A DNA stretch of 64,000 nt from Utricularia gibba (taxonomy: Eukaryota; Plantae; Magnoliophyta): NCBI GenBank assembly GCA_002189035.1, contig NEEC01000011.1, forward strand, positions 2,232,001-2,296,000, read 5' to 3'. The position numbers and the translations under genes were made by a program. A model generated the notes under the pieces. It saw only the letters and a list, made by a program, of their open reading frames with translations. It searched no databases and was not told the origin of the DNA. Positions 39,104 to 52,100 of the stretch are shown here, piece after piece. The first letter of the stretch is position 1, and each line of letters opens with the position of its first letter.

Positions 39104-39282
39104 TGAACGGAACCCCTTCGGAAAACGAGAGAATGACGGTGAAAAAATCAAAGCTTCCTTGAGGAACCGAGATAATTCAACAGAGGGAACAGAATCGTTA
39201 ATTGCTGCTTCCCCTCGACCAACCTACCGTTATATATACGCGTTAACTGGTGTGAAGTTGATCCGCCAATCAGGTTGAACTA

Positions 39283-39290
39283 CGCGGATC
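39283..39290. promoter_or_regulatory. Plant histone octamer element CGCGGATC
   Basis: Exact CGCGGATC about 180 bp upstream of the H2A ATG, near a CCAAT box (about 39266) and a TATA box (about 39231). Confidence 0.75.
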
Positions 39291-39734
39291 GTGATCTCTA
39301 GCCAAGGATAATGAAATTTATTCAACGGTCGCGATTTTGTCTTTTGTTGGATCACTCGGATTCACCCCTTGTGGGCCCAAAAAATTTAGTTTCTGGATCC
39401 GGGTCCACGTTGAGTTTCCGAAATGTGACCCACGACCCATGGGTCAAGGATGACTGATGGTCGATAGTTATAAGAAATTGAATTAGAGAAAATTAGAATT
39501 TAAAATTGAGGACATTATTACAAATAAAAAAGTAACAATTATATTTATTCAATTTTAAAATAATTGATATGAAATTATTATTTTTGGAAATCAAATATGA
39601 TATTTAGTTAAGTAATGGAGATTATCTGAGCAATTAATTCGTTTTAGATGCTTCATATTTTTGTATTAATTTCAAAAATATTAATTGATTAATTTCCGAA
39701 TTTGTCCGAATTAACACGTGTTTCGAGTGAATCC

Positions 39735-39759
39735 GACCGTTGGTGAAACTATCCGTTAC
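39735..39759. promoter_or_regulatory. Two MSA (mitosis-specific activator, AACGG) elements upstream of TANGLED1
   Basis: GACCGTTGG (reverse complement CCAACGGTC) at 39735 and ATCCGTTAC at 39751, about 80-100 bp before the TAN1 ATG. A further TTCAACGGTC lies at 39321. Confidence 0.6.
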
Positions 39760-39833
39760 GAAATAGGCCCTGAACTTCTCTCTAGATCCCTTTCTCGCGA
39801 TCGAGTCCAATTTGCGGAAAATATCGGAGAAAA

Positions 39834-41262
39834 ATGGTAGCCAGAAGCCCGCCGAAGGCGAATCCGGCGCCGGCGAGGGGACCCATCAGTCCAACCTTTC
39901 TCCGGGAAACCGTGAAGAAGGTATGTAGACGCCGATCCTTTTTCTTCCCACGAATGCGGTGTATTTTTTTGTTGTTTGCAAGATGCCTCTTCTGCTTCTT
40001 TTTCTGTATTTCAAATGAGTCGGTTGATTGGGTATTGTGCTGCTCGCAAGTTTCCGCAATTGCTGAACATGATGGTTGGCATCATAAGACCGATTCGCGT
40101 ATTCTGCTTCTTGAGATAAACAACTGATTCCAGATCTGTGACTTCTGTTGAAGGTTGATAGGTGTATGGCTAGACTTGAGGAGCTTCAGAACACCGTCAA
40201 AGGATTCAATGCGAGTCCTCGGAGTCGAAGTTGCGCACGAGCTACTATCCAGCACAAACATGAGCCACACACGTACCCTGCTTCTCTTGAGATGCTAACA
40301 GAGTGTCCGAGCCTGTTTTCTGTGTTTTGATTTGTTTCTTCTTCGCTTAGCTTACTTGCAAATCTGCAGGATGAAAAATGTGAATTCTAGAAGGTCTCCT
40401 ACTGGTAATAAGCTGCCGATAGCGAAAAAGCAGGGTAGAATTCTACACTCCACAGAGCCATCGACCTCTGCCTCATTTCATGTGGTTGATAATAATGCAT
40501 TTTCTTTGTGCAGATGATTGGCAAAGAATGTCACTGCCGGCAATGCTGCTTGGAGAAACAATGGGAGAGATTATACAAGCAAGTCAAGTTGCTAAAAAGG
40601 CACTAGAATCAGTGACTTCTAAACCGTCATCAGCAACTTTTGATGATCCCAAGACCCCATTGACTCAAAGGACCAAAACAAGCAAACCAAATGCTCAAGC
40701 TTCTGCTCTGAATGCAAGGAGAACAAGAGAGAAGAAGGGTGTTCTCCTAAAGAAACAAGGCGATTTGAACACACCCTCCGACCACCATGGGAAATCCAAA
40801 AGGATGATATTCAAGATCGTGTCACCGGAGTACAACAAGGAGAACTGCAGGTACATAGCCAACAGATTGTCTCCCAAGAACAAGCCATGGGGGAGAAAGT
40901 TAGTGCTCTTCCCCAACCCCTTGTTCCACTCCTCTCCCACATCTCATCAGCAGAAGTTCTACAAGACAAAGTCTCCAGTGATTGGAAGAAAGCAGCAGAC
41001 ACCACACAAGTTCCTGATAAAGACTTCACCCAAGCTTCAAATGAACAGTAAGATCTCCCCAACAAGGCTGGCCATGAGATCTCCACCAAACAGTAAGCTG
41101 CGAAGATCCTTTTCCCCATCAGCTCTGGCGAAACGGCTGGTTTCTCCACTGAAGGGCAGAAAGTCTGTGCCCAGGAATGATGCAAGAGCAAAGATGGTGA
41201 TGAAGAATGGGTTGAGAGATTGCCCACCAACTATCATCAGATTCTCACCTCGTCGAATTTGA
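39834..41262 (+). CDS. TAN1: Microtubule-binding division-plane protein TANGLED1, 4 exons
   Basis: Exons 39834-39920, 40154-40272, 40370-40434, 40514-41262. MVARSP..LRETVKK|VDRCMARLEELQ, DWQRMSLPAMLLGET, ANRLSPKNKPWGRKLVLFPNPLF, KLRRSFSPS.LA.RLVSP, ending RFSPRRI. Confidence 0.9.
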
Positions 41263-41740
41263 ACAGTTTAAATACTATTTTATTGTAACAATTTTATTAT
41301 TATTAGTTACGGAAATTATAAAGAAGCCGTACTCTGAAGTTTTGACTGGTGATCAGGAGACTATTCATCCAAGGACGACGGGGTTGAAGAAGTCTGAACA
41401 ACGTGAAACGACGTCGCTCAGCTGCCTGAATTCCTTGGATGTGAGTGGCTATGGCGTCCAAGTTTTCGCGTTCCTTGGGGGTTGGTTTTGTGGGAGCCTT
41501 GGACAGTGTTGCCTCTTTCTGGCTGCTGCTGCTGTATTGGGGCCCCAAATTTGTCGCTTCACCCGGCAAGTGGTCAAGGATGAAGCGTTTGTGTGAACTG
41601 TGACTTTCCCATTAATGAAGGGGAGATACGTCTCCTCGGTACCGGTTTCTACCCTTTTTAATCTTCATACTGGAGGTCTTCAATTTTGATTGGGAACAGT
41701 CTCTTGGACCGAGAGAAAGAAAAAGAACTTATCTTGAGTT

Positions 41741-43752
41741 ATGGGATGTTGTTGGAGTTCGCAGCCTGCTAATCCGTATGGTGATTCAGGTTTATAGTTG
41801 CTTTTGTTTTGCTAAATATCTGGGTGACCCTTTTCTAATGATTGACTAAGTGTCTTCTCTTGGTGGGTGATTTTGATCTTCTCTATTTTCACTTCCTTTA
41901 GGAGTTGTGGGATCCGATACGACGAAGCAAACGCACTCCTCATCCGGAATCTCCAGCAACAGCAGATTCTCGGTGCAGAGTGGAGGCTACGACTCTTCGA
42001 GTCGGAGCCCAAATAAGAACACGTTTGCCGCTTATCCACGGATTTTCTCATTTTCTGATCTCAAGGTTGCCACGAAGAACTTCAAAAATGATTACGTTCT
42101 GGGTGAAGGCGGATTCGGGAAAGTTTACAAGGGATGGATCGATCCGAAAATAGGGAACTCTGGATCCATTGTTGCTGTTAAGAAGCTGAGACCTGAGAGC
42201 ATGCAGGGGTTTCAGGAATGGCAGGTATTGTTTAGCTCAATTTGTATGCATCTTTTTGGGCTTGTGTTTGTTGCTTATCAAGGCTAGTTCTAAAATTTGG
42301 GAACTAATGCAATGTTATAAACCATTGTGCTTATGCAACTTGTGGAAGTAAATTTTCTTAGGGGTTGCTTCAATGCTACTATTTTGTGGTGCTTCGTGGT
42401 CAAACATATTTACTTGTAGACTTCAACTGAGAATAGGGAGGAAATTGTGATATTATGTTCCCATGGCCTATGTCGTCCCTGTAGGATTATGCTGTGCTTG
42501 TTGCTCATTTAGGCTGGTTCCGAAATTTTGGATCTAAAAGCAACTAATAAACCCCAGCCGTCTACCGAGTTGTGAACATGCTGGTGTTTTTTATAGTTCA
42601 TCGGTGTTAGAAGTCTTCTTCAACTATGCACACAGGGCGTCTTCTTGACTGTGATACACTTACTGTTTTTTCACCTTTGCAGTCTGAAGTAAACTTCCTA
42701 GGAAAACTCTCCCATCCTAATCTGGTGGCTCTGATAGGCTTCTGTTGTGAGAACAACGACCTGCTGCTTGTCTACGAGTTCATGCAGAAGGGCAGCTTGG
42801 AAAACCATTTGTTTGGAAGTAAGACATTGTCTTTGGAATTATATCACTAGCTGCTGCAAAAATTCTCAAAGTTTCTGGGGTCTTTTTTCCAGGGGGTGCT
42901 GCTGTTAATCCACTTCCATGGGAAACCAGGCTTCAGATATTGACTGGAGCAGCTCGTGGACTTGCCTTTTTACATTCCCTAGATCGAAAAGTTATCTACA
43001 GGGACTTCAAGGCATCAAACATTTTGCTTGATGGGGTAAGCTCTTGTCTCAGAACTGAGACAAACATGCTTCAGTTATGCTGATCTGAAGCTCTGATTTC
43101 AGTCATACAATGCCAAGTTATCCGACTTCGGTCTTGCCACAATGGGTCCAAGTTCCAGTCAATCTCACGTTACAACACCAGTGATGGGAACTCATGGCTA
43201 TGCTGATCCACAATACATCGCAACAGGTACTAAAAACACACACACTGCAGCATAGAGAGAGACTCATGGTGTCCCCTGGCTTCACAGCAAGCCTCTGATG
43301 CCATTCTCATTGCTTCAGGCCACTTGTATGTGAAGAGCGACGTGTATGGATTCGGCGTGGTGGTGGTGGAGGTGCTGACCGGTCTACGTGCCCTGGACTT
43401 GAGCCGGCCTTTGAAACAACAGAACCTTGTGGAGTGGGTGAAGCCTCATCTGAGCAACCGGAGGAAGCTGATGAGGATGATGGACTCGCACTTGGAAGGG
43501 AGGTACCCTTCAAGATCAGCCTTCCAAGTTGCTCAGCTTGCTCTGAGTTGCCTCGAAGGCGACCCCAAAAACCGGCCGTCGATGCAAGACATTGTGGACA
43601 AGCTGGAGACAGTAGCTTCTGATAACGATAAGCTGGGAACACTGAGAGTTCAGCCCAGAAACCAGCACAGCTGCAGCAGCAGCAGTAGCAATACGCCTCC
43701 TCCGGGAAGGAGACGACACACTCTGCAGCAACGCTCGCCCCTCCGGCCTTGA
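41741..43752 (+). CDS. PIX13: Receptor-like cytoplasmic kinase, PIX13/At2g17220-like, 6 exons
   Basis: Exons 41741-41789 (MGCCWS acylation start), 41902-42224, 42683-42818, 42893-43035, 43103-43226, 43319-43752. [35 protein letters not shown] and KSDVYGFG. Confidence 0.9.
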
Positions 43753-43816
43753 GCAACGATGTGGTCATTTTTTTTCTTTTTCTCGAGTTCATATTTTAAT
43801 TTATTTTATTGATTGT

Positions 43817-43841
43817 ATGATGATGATGATGATGATGATGA
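43817..43841. repeat. (ATG)8 microsatellite between convergent genes
   Basis: ATGATGATGATGATGATGATGATG read directly. Confidence 0.85.
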
Positions 43842-43877
43842 AGAAATGGTTGAACCGGGTGGTAAGTGAGTCACCAC

Positions 43878-44657
43878 TTAGAATCCTAATCTTAAATCCA
43901 GAGTGATTCCTCCGTACAAATTCCGGCGGGACACGATGTCGCTGTCCTCCAGATTCTCGCTGAACACGCCTGCAGTTGACGGCGGTTCCACCTTTATGGC
44001 GGTGGGGAAGGCTGAGGGGGTACCGGGTCCGCCGCAAAGGGTCACGTTCTTGTGGGCCACAAGCGCGTGTTGTGAGGAGTAAACTTCACTGCAACTCCAG
44101 CAGCGAAACCGCCGTACCGCACCACCACCGCCACCTCCAGCAGTGGTCCCCACGCCATCCTCCTCCCCATGTACTCCATTTGCTCCGTGAGTAACGGAGC
44201 GGCTACCGGACGACATTTTCGCCGTCCTAATGGAACGACGGGGTTCCAGTGCCGCCGCATCGGGGTTCCCGTTGGCCATCAGCAGCAGCCACGCCGCCGC
44301 CTCACGATCCTCCTCCGTGAGAGACGGCCATAAACTCCTGCGTTTGAAGTTCGGCGGCGGGTTTATCCCTCGCCATCCCCTCTCAGGGTGGCACCGCATG
44401 TGTCCGCAAAGCGCCTTGCGTGACCAGAACTTCTTGCCGCACTCCGTGCAGGGAGGCGTGATCTTCGGCGAGGTGGTGTCCCGTTTCCTCCTAGCGACTC
44501 TCCGCCCAGACCCACCGCCATCTCCACCTCCCCTTCCTACTCCTCCGCCGCCTCCGTCTCCGACGCTTCTACCGGTGGGCTGGTCCCGTTGCTGCGCGTC
44601 AGAAGCCAAGGACAAGGGAATGATACCCAGAGAACCAAGAGTGGTGTTGATCTCCAT
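43878..44657 (-). CDS. DAZ1: C2H2 zinc-finger/EAR protein of the DAZ1/DAZ2 type with degenerate distal fingers
   Basis: PKITPPCTECGKKFWSRKALCGHMRCHPERGWRGINPPPNF and EEDREAAAWLLLMANG match DAZ1/2. The C-terminal LDLRLGF is an EAR motif. Intronless, about 259 aa from the ATG at 44657. Confidence 0.82.
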   Translation of the reverse strand: MEINTTLGSLGIIPLSLASDAQQRDQPTGRSVGDGGGGGVGRGGGDGGGSGRRVARRKRDTTSPKITPPCTECGKKFWSRKALCGHMRCHPERGWRGINPPPNFKRRSLWPSLTEEDREAAAWLLLMANGNPDAAALEPRRSIRTAKMSSGSRSVTHGANGVHGEEDGVGTTAGGGGGGAVRRFRCWSCSEVYSSQHALVAHKNVTLCGGPGTPSAFPTAIKVEPPSTAGVFSENLEDSDIVSRRNLYGGITLDLRLGF

Positions 44658-44949
44658 GAGAGCACACACTGACCTGCAGGATTCAGAGGACGGCGGTAGT
44701 TGATGATGCTCGAGTTTTATACACAGGGAACAAGGCCTGGGAGGAGCGGTTCTCTTTTTCTGCAACCACCACAGAGAGCGGTTATGTCTCTCTATCCTTT
44801 TTTTCTCTGCAATTTTATATTCTCACTGCTTTCACACACCTTCAAGCAATATGTTGAAGAAACCAATCAAGTTAATGGGTATACACTGGACCCTAAATCT
44901 GGTTAAAAAAACAATAAGAATGTGCACTGTACGGAGGGTAATTTTCATC

Positions 44950-47169
44950 ATCAAGCACAAAGCCCTGCCAAAGAAGGGAACGAGAACCTGTTTGGTTTGT
45001 ATCTGATAATAATGGTGGATGAAGATGGCTGCTTTTGCACCTTGCTGCTGGGCAGTGATGCGACTGCGAGTTGTGGCTAAAAAGCTTGAACTTGCTGAGA
45101 TAGTAAATTAAAGAATGAGTCAATATACAAATCCTCAACATAGCCTAGATCATCACTAATGAGCAATGGGATCAAAAGATGTCAATACATCCATAGTTTC
45201 AGGAAAAATTAACGACTATGATTTCCCTGATACACACTAGAATCCCCAGGTGCGCCAATTTTTCTATGAACTTTCAAGAAAAAAGATATGATACCCAACC
45301 TGCACATTTTCGTAATTGAGTGTTTTGCATAATTTGTCTTAATTGAGGGTTCGAAGTCAGACCACTCCGAAGCAGAGGGTTTGAAGCTAGAACCTGCGAA
45401 AAAGTAATGATCTGAGCTCCTTAAAAGTAAATGTTAGATCCATAAAAAGCTCCAGTACACTTGATCAATGAGTTGATTATTGGAGAGTAAGCTGTGCATG
45501 ACCTGTGGTACAGCAGGATTTTGAAAGAACTGATGGGCTGAAGACATGTCTGGATTTCCATTAGCACCCAGTTGAGGAAGAACAAGCGGTTCAATTCCGG
45601 TAGCTGAGGGCTTCCTAAAGAACATACCAGAAACTAACCTGTGATCGATTTTTTGTTAACTGCATACTGTGGGTGCAAGACGGATATATAGTAATGGAAT
45701 TGAATGCATTACATAAGTAACAACCAGCCAGTGTGATAGAATGGAAAGTTAAATGGAAGCTGGACAATATTAATGGTCATTGTCAATGAGCATTCAGATG
45801 ACATAGTATAGCTACAATGGCTTTATACCGAGGGGACCAAATGTAGACATGAAGAAAAAAACAGAAGAGTGCAGACACAGTTTTAGCGATACCATTACTA
45901 CTCCATGGGTTAGGAAATGGGTCAGAGGTTGGAATAGCAGCTCTGATGTCGTTTTCAGGTCCAGAAGCTACAGAATCAGAGCCACCCCTGAATTGGAGAC
46001 CTACGTGAACTTCCAATAGAGCGGAAAATGGATTTATTTGAGCAGCAGATGCGGCGCCACCCATGGTTGTTGCATTCAGAAAAGGTTCTTGGACATTATA
46101 GTAGATATGTCTGAGCATGTAAAATCCCTTTGGAGAGGATTCAAGATAACTCATTGCTCTTGTCAGTGTTCCTCATCATCTCACGCATGATTTCTGGATT
46201 CCTAGCAGCTTGTAGACTTTTCCGAAGAATGCTTGTATCATTAAGGACATGATAAACTCAAGGCTTAGGTCAATGATCTCACACATCTAAGGGTTATTCA
46301 AAATTAAGCCACACATGATCTCAGCACTCTAAACGGCAGGCATATTCAGTAAATCTCTCAGTTAGTTGTTGCATTTGTCCAAAATCAGGAGGTCCGGATC
46401 CAAACAACCCAGCGCGTCCAGTTCCACCAAATGCACCCAAAAGTCCCAAGAAGAGTCCTGGGGACAGAGATACACCTGTAGCAGATGCCACGGGCCCCCC
46501 TGCATTAGGAGATGGCGCAGCAACAGGAGCGATAACTGCAGAATTGTCCGTCACTTGCAGCAATATTAGATGGGTTGGTCGTCGATGGTACAAAGGTACC
46601 CACCATATGAACTGTGTGATCAGCCTGCAGACCTGGTTAAGAAGATATAACTGAAATCAGTATAACCAGCAACAAACAAGTTCTAATGCATCAAATGAAG
46701 GACAACATCCAATAGCCGAAAACGCCCCTTGAGCATAAAAGGAAATAATCTAATCAGAAAACATTCTCTAACATTCTACAAAAGACAAAACTTGGGCTAC
46801 TAATGGCATCTGCGAAAATTGAAAGAATCGCCCCTAAAAACAAAGGATCTAACGTATCTCATTATTTTTCTCATTTCCATTAACAATTTAATTAAGCAAC
46901 AGATTCACAGAACAAGGAAATGAAAAGCTTCAAATCAAAATCAACACTACTGTGGCTGAATAAAGTCTCGCCGGCCGTCCGTGCAGATCCAGCCATTGTA
47001 AATCAAGCGCTGCTGTTCAGCCCGCACATCGCAATTCCGTGCTATCCCAGACTGTCGATTCGACGTCAATTAATTTCACCGAAAACTTGGACCCGTTTGA
47101 CGACCGAATATTAACATTCACCAACTCGCCCTTGCCCGAATTCTCCCTCATCTCCTCTCCACCTCCCAT
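44950..47169 (-). pseudogene. DSK2: Pseudogene of ubiquilin DSK2 retaining introns; UBA domain not found
   Basis: MGGGEE..VNVNIRSSNGSKFSVK then a deletion/frameshift; NCDVRAEQQRLIY; GLQADHTVHMV; GLFGSGPPDF; ILNNP*M (CAG>TAG at 46287-46289); [15 protein letters not shown], frameshift, [28 protein letters not shown]; PDMS..FQNPAVPQVMHSLLSN. The left boundary is approximate. Confidence 0.88.
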
Positions 47170-49147
47170 CTCGCCTTCCCTTCATCAAAAACCCTAAAAC
47201 CTGATTCAAACGAAGCAAAAGGACAAGCACAAACCTGCAGAGAGTTCCAACATACGAATCCGAACCCGTAGAAGAAAAAGAAAAAGAGAAATGCGAAAAT
47301 GAAAACGAGCCCTACACCACGGAGCGCGGGAAGCAAAAAAGAGACATAATCCAATTAAAAACCGCCACGTCGAGGGTGCGCGCCAGCATGTCCTCATACC
47401 ATAAAAACTAACTAGAAACCACCGACCATGTTTTCAACCCGACCCATATGGATTCCATTCGGTTCAAAATTAGAGTTTGATCGAGTTTCAAAATCCGCAA
47501 TTAATAAAAATATATTATATCTTATTAAATAATAAAAATAGGTTTAACTTTTAAAAACGTGTGTTATGTATTTTCATTAATAAAAATATAAAGAATGAAT
47601 TATATCACCTCCATATTATTACAAGAATCACATTGACCATAAATTATATTTTTTTGAATATAAAAAATAAAACATGAGATTCATAATCCAAAATAAATTA
47701 CAACAGTGTTTTGGAAAATTTTTGAAAACATTACTTTTGAAAAGTAAAAATAAAAAAATAAAAAATAACTAACTTTTTTATTTTTTCAAGAATAATTTTT
47801 ATAGTTATAATTTTAAAAGTGTTTTTGATAAAATTACTTTTATAATTAAAAATGTTTTAGAACAAAACTATTTTTACTTATGAAAAATAGAAATAATTTT
47901 TAAAAAATTTTCAGAACACTGCATATAAGTGTTTTTGACTCTACCAAATAACACAATGATTATCATATCAAATAATTTTTTGAATCAATTTTTTAATAAA
48001 AGTAAAGATATCTATCATACTACATATACACTTTTTAATAAAATATATTATAGCTTTTTGATATATTTTTAATTTAAGAAATTAAAATTAAACTTATAAA
48101 AATAAATTTAACTCATCAAAATTCTATTTGTTTTAAATATAAATTACGAACGTGGCGCGTGGTTATCATCATCGCGGAGGCCGGCGACTCCTGGCCCCTG
48201 GGTGAAGGCATGGGGCAAGTAGGTGGGGGCCGCCACCCACCCCACCCCTGGTGTTGCCCACGTGCTCGAATGTAACCCATCCTTCCTGGTTCCTACGTTG
48301 TGGATATGATGCTTCCTGTTTCTCAGATGACGTGGACATGCGTCATCCATCATCCAAGCCAAGCCTTTCCTTTGTCCCCAAGAAACTCTAATGGGGGAGG
48401 AAGGAGCTCTTCTTCCTCTTCATCTCTATCCGTACGGGGTGCACGTGACCAACACCGCTGACCTTTTTTGAATATTTTAATCTGATTTATTTCTGGACGA
48501 GAGACAGGATCCGGAGCAATGATACATACAGACGTGAAATTTAATCCATTATTTGCGACAGCTTGTTTTTTAATACAGAAAATGTCGGCATCGGATCGGA
48601 TTGGAAGCAAGGCGTAGAGTCAACTGGATGGAGAAAGGAACGGGTTGGTTTGGTTGGGTATATTTGGGGAGCAGCAGCCTGCTTCATGCTCCTTCTTTGA
48701 CCCTTCCTTCCTTCCTTCCTTCCTCCCGGTGTTTCCCAAGTACCTTGAACAGGCAAGACATTCTTTAAATAAACTGTCTTCTGCGTAGAGTTTTTTACCC
48801 TACTCATTCTTGCTTGTCTATTGCCTATCGTAAACTGCGAATGAATTGTTTTCTTCGAGAGTATTCCGGGCCATCTATCAAGCTTTTTTTTTTATGATTT
48901 AAAGATTGTGGGGTTTCGTTGATGCGGTACGAAGAGGGGTGAGCAGCGTGCTTCGAGGTTTGTTTGAACAAGGGGAAATAGGTATTGAATGATACTAGAT
49001 CATGCGTTTTTGTTTTTGTTTCGGTTATGTTTGTGGAACCGGGTTTTATTTGTTGCGTTTTTCGCTTCCCAGATCGCGAAAGGCCCACGTGGACGTGTGT
49101 GGAATTGTGTCTCTGGCGGTTTCGTTTCTGGGTTTTGGGAGTTGCGA

Positions 49148-52100
49148 ATGGCGATTGAGGATAACGAGAGCTGCGCGAGCACGCAGACTGAATCGCAGGG
49201 GTTTTTGGGTCGACGTGGAAATAAGAAATCCGAGGTGCACGATGAGGTTTTGCGGCGGCTGACGGAATCTGGCCATCCTGAGGCTCGAGACCCGGGGTTC
49301 TCCGAGCAACTATGGGATCATTTCAATAGCCTTCCGTCCAGGTAAGAGCTGCATCTTTTTATCATTCTCTTTCATTATTCCGTTCTACGTTCGACCTGTG
49401 ATTCCAATCCTGTTATGATTTTATAGAAAATATCATCTTTCTTGAATTCTTACTCCAAATTTTTGTCATTTTAGTGAGTCGTAAGGTTTTATGATGCATG
49501 CCCAGATTCATGTTATGATGGTTTTCTGTTCCAAGGTATGCTGTGGATGTGAACCTTGAGAGGGCAGAAGACGTTCTTACACATAAGAGACTAATCCAAC
49601 GTGCTCGAGATTCCAATGATCGACTGGCTTTTGATGTTCGCCTTGTACAGGTTTGTATTGTCCCTTTTTTTACTCTAACCTGTGGCAGGTAAGCTTATAC
49701 GTGAAAATGAATTGATTGCACGGTACTAATCTGAACTTCCTTGATCTTAACTGGAATAAATTGACCAGTTGAAGAACATGAGATTTGAAAAGGATAATGG
49801 GTAGAATAGAGGAACTATACTTGGTTCACATCTTCACAGATGTTTTAGTATTAAAACGTGGAAGTGGAAATGTAAACAACGTTTTGGATTCTTGGTTTTG
49901 GTGATGATATATGTCAAAATGCTGGGACGGGGTGAATCTCAGGCTCCTAAAACATCGCGTGCAGTATCTCAGCACTTTTTGAAGCGCTGGATGTGTAATG
50001 GATGGCTTATTGAAAATGGGTAGTAGTTGAGCAGTAAATTCTTCCTCATGTCTGGTCATGTAACCTGCAGTGCTGTTTGTTACTGACCTTTGCTAAAACC
50101 GGTTTAATTGGTTTATCTTCACTGCAGTAATGTGGATACGCACAGTTATTTTGTCATTCATTTTACTTACCGTGAACTCCTTTTAAGTTGGGGGCATCTG
50201 TGCTTGCAGGTTATTCCTTTCATTGATGGGGATTCAGAAAATTCAGACAATCCAGCTAATCCTAGAAGGGGAAGGGGAAGGTATTACTATTATTTGAGTT
50301 ATCACTCTTGAAATTGAGCGCTGTTGTTTGTAATTTGACTTCGACATCTGAAGGTTTCATGTTAATTGTTTCAGTGCTCACCCACCTCCCTCCTTTGGCT
50401 CTTCTCCTAATCTCGAAACACTTGCTCTTGAAAGTGAAGATGGGAATGATGGTAAAAGTACTGGCATCCAGTCCCTCGGGTATATCTTATCTCATATCAT
50501 ATGAGTTTCTCATGTGTGCTCACATTCCACCTAAACCGGCATACAACACATATAACATTTTTGGTGACTCAGAAACATGCAATGTGGAAAAATATTGGCT
50601 AGCGTTCTTCCCACTTTCCTGGGTTGCCTTTCATTGCGTAGACAGGCTTCATTTTCTTAATGCTGTATATATCTTATTGAAGCTTTCTCAATGCCTGCCT
50701 GTAATTTGAATGATGATGCAGGCCGATGCATGAGATCACATTCGCTGCGGAAGACAAACCGAAGCTCCTTAGCCAGGTTTTTTACATGCGCATACCATTA
50801 GAAGGAATTTCTTGGCGTCTTATTGACCAAAAACTTCTTGCTGATTGCAGTTGACCTCGCTGTTAGCTGAAGTTGGCCTCAATATCCAAGAGGCACATGC
50901 CTTTTCTACTAGAGATGGCTTTTCTCTTGATGTTTTCGTTGTGAATGGTTGGCGCCATGAGGTAATATTCTCTAAGAAACTAAAATTGGAAAAAAAAACA
51001 GGGACGACACCTACCGAGACTATGTGCCCAGAAAATTGCAAAAGTAGAGATTATGTTGGACATTCAGGTTAACATTTTTGCTGTCACTCTTCAGGAAGTT
51101 GAAAACCTCCAGTCCGTGATAGAGAAGAAAATTGTGAAATTTGAGGTGCTACTCTATCATCTTCGTTGTTTACACTGCACCTGAGCATGACCTTTTCCAG
51201 TAACAGTTCTGCTGAATTTCATGTATATTTTAATTCAGTAGTTTTTGAAAGATAGCATTTGTGAACGCAGAGGCATTCCGAAACCAATACAAGTTTGTTG
51301 CCCCCGATCATCAAACAAGAGAAAACAGAAACAATATTGGAGTCTGATCATCTCCACATTCCCAATGATGGCACAGATGTCTGGGAAATCGATCCTCACC
51401 TTTTAGAATTTGAGTCCAAAGTTGCTTCAGGATCATATGGCGACTTGTAAGTTTTTATTGATAATCATGAAAACGTTGCAACCAACTTTATGTTATATAA
51501 CTGCAGCAAATTCCTTTTCCTAGATACAAGGGTACTTATCGTGGTCAAGAAGTTGCAATTAAAATATTGAAAGCGGAGTGCATCAATGAAGATGTCCAGA
51601 AGGAGTTTGCTCAGGAAGTTTACATAATGAGGTTTGTTTACATGATAAGTTTCTCAGAATTCCTCCTACCCATCGTCTGCTCTTTGTTTTCAGTTGTTGA
51701 AGAATGCATATTTCCTATCATTTTCCTTCAATGTTTTTACAGAAAAGTGCGGCACAAAAACGTGGTTCAGTTTATAGGAGCATGCACCAGGCATTCAAAC
51801 TTGTGCATAGTAACCGGTATGTTTCAATGAGTGTGCCTGCACGTACGATTTTAATGGATTAGCATTTCATTGCCATCTCCGGGCATGAATTAGAGTCTTT
51901 ATGGTGAGATAAATAGTAAAGGGACTTTAGGTGAGTGTTCAAAACCGAGGAAACTAGAAAGATGGAAGATAGTCCTCCTAGAATAGCATTTGGTGAATCA
52001 CAGATGGCCAAGGATTGCATTTTCTGTATTGGAAGTTTACATTACGAGAAATCCAGCTTTCCATCGTTGGCATGTTTTCACATGGGCCTTTTTCTATCAA

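Noticed and set aside
43190-43226. Kinase subdomain VIII GYADPQY instead of APE as evidence of a pseudokinase
   Set aside because: DPQY occurs in active plant RLKs, and the VAVK, RD and DFG motifs are intact.
45340-45420. GGTTCGAA motif as a tRNA T-loop
   Set aside because: No cloverleaf or A-box could be folded, and it lies within the DSK2 remnant.
49895-50090. Intronic TGATGA...CTGA as a box C/D snoRNA in the STY kinase intron
   Set aside because: The spacing is too long, with no terminal stem or recognisable rRNA antisense element.
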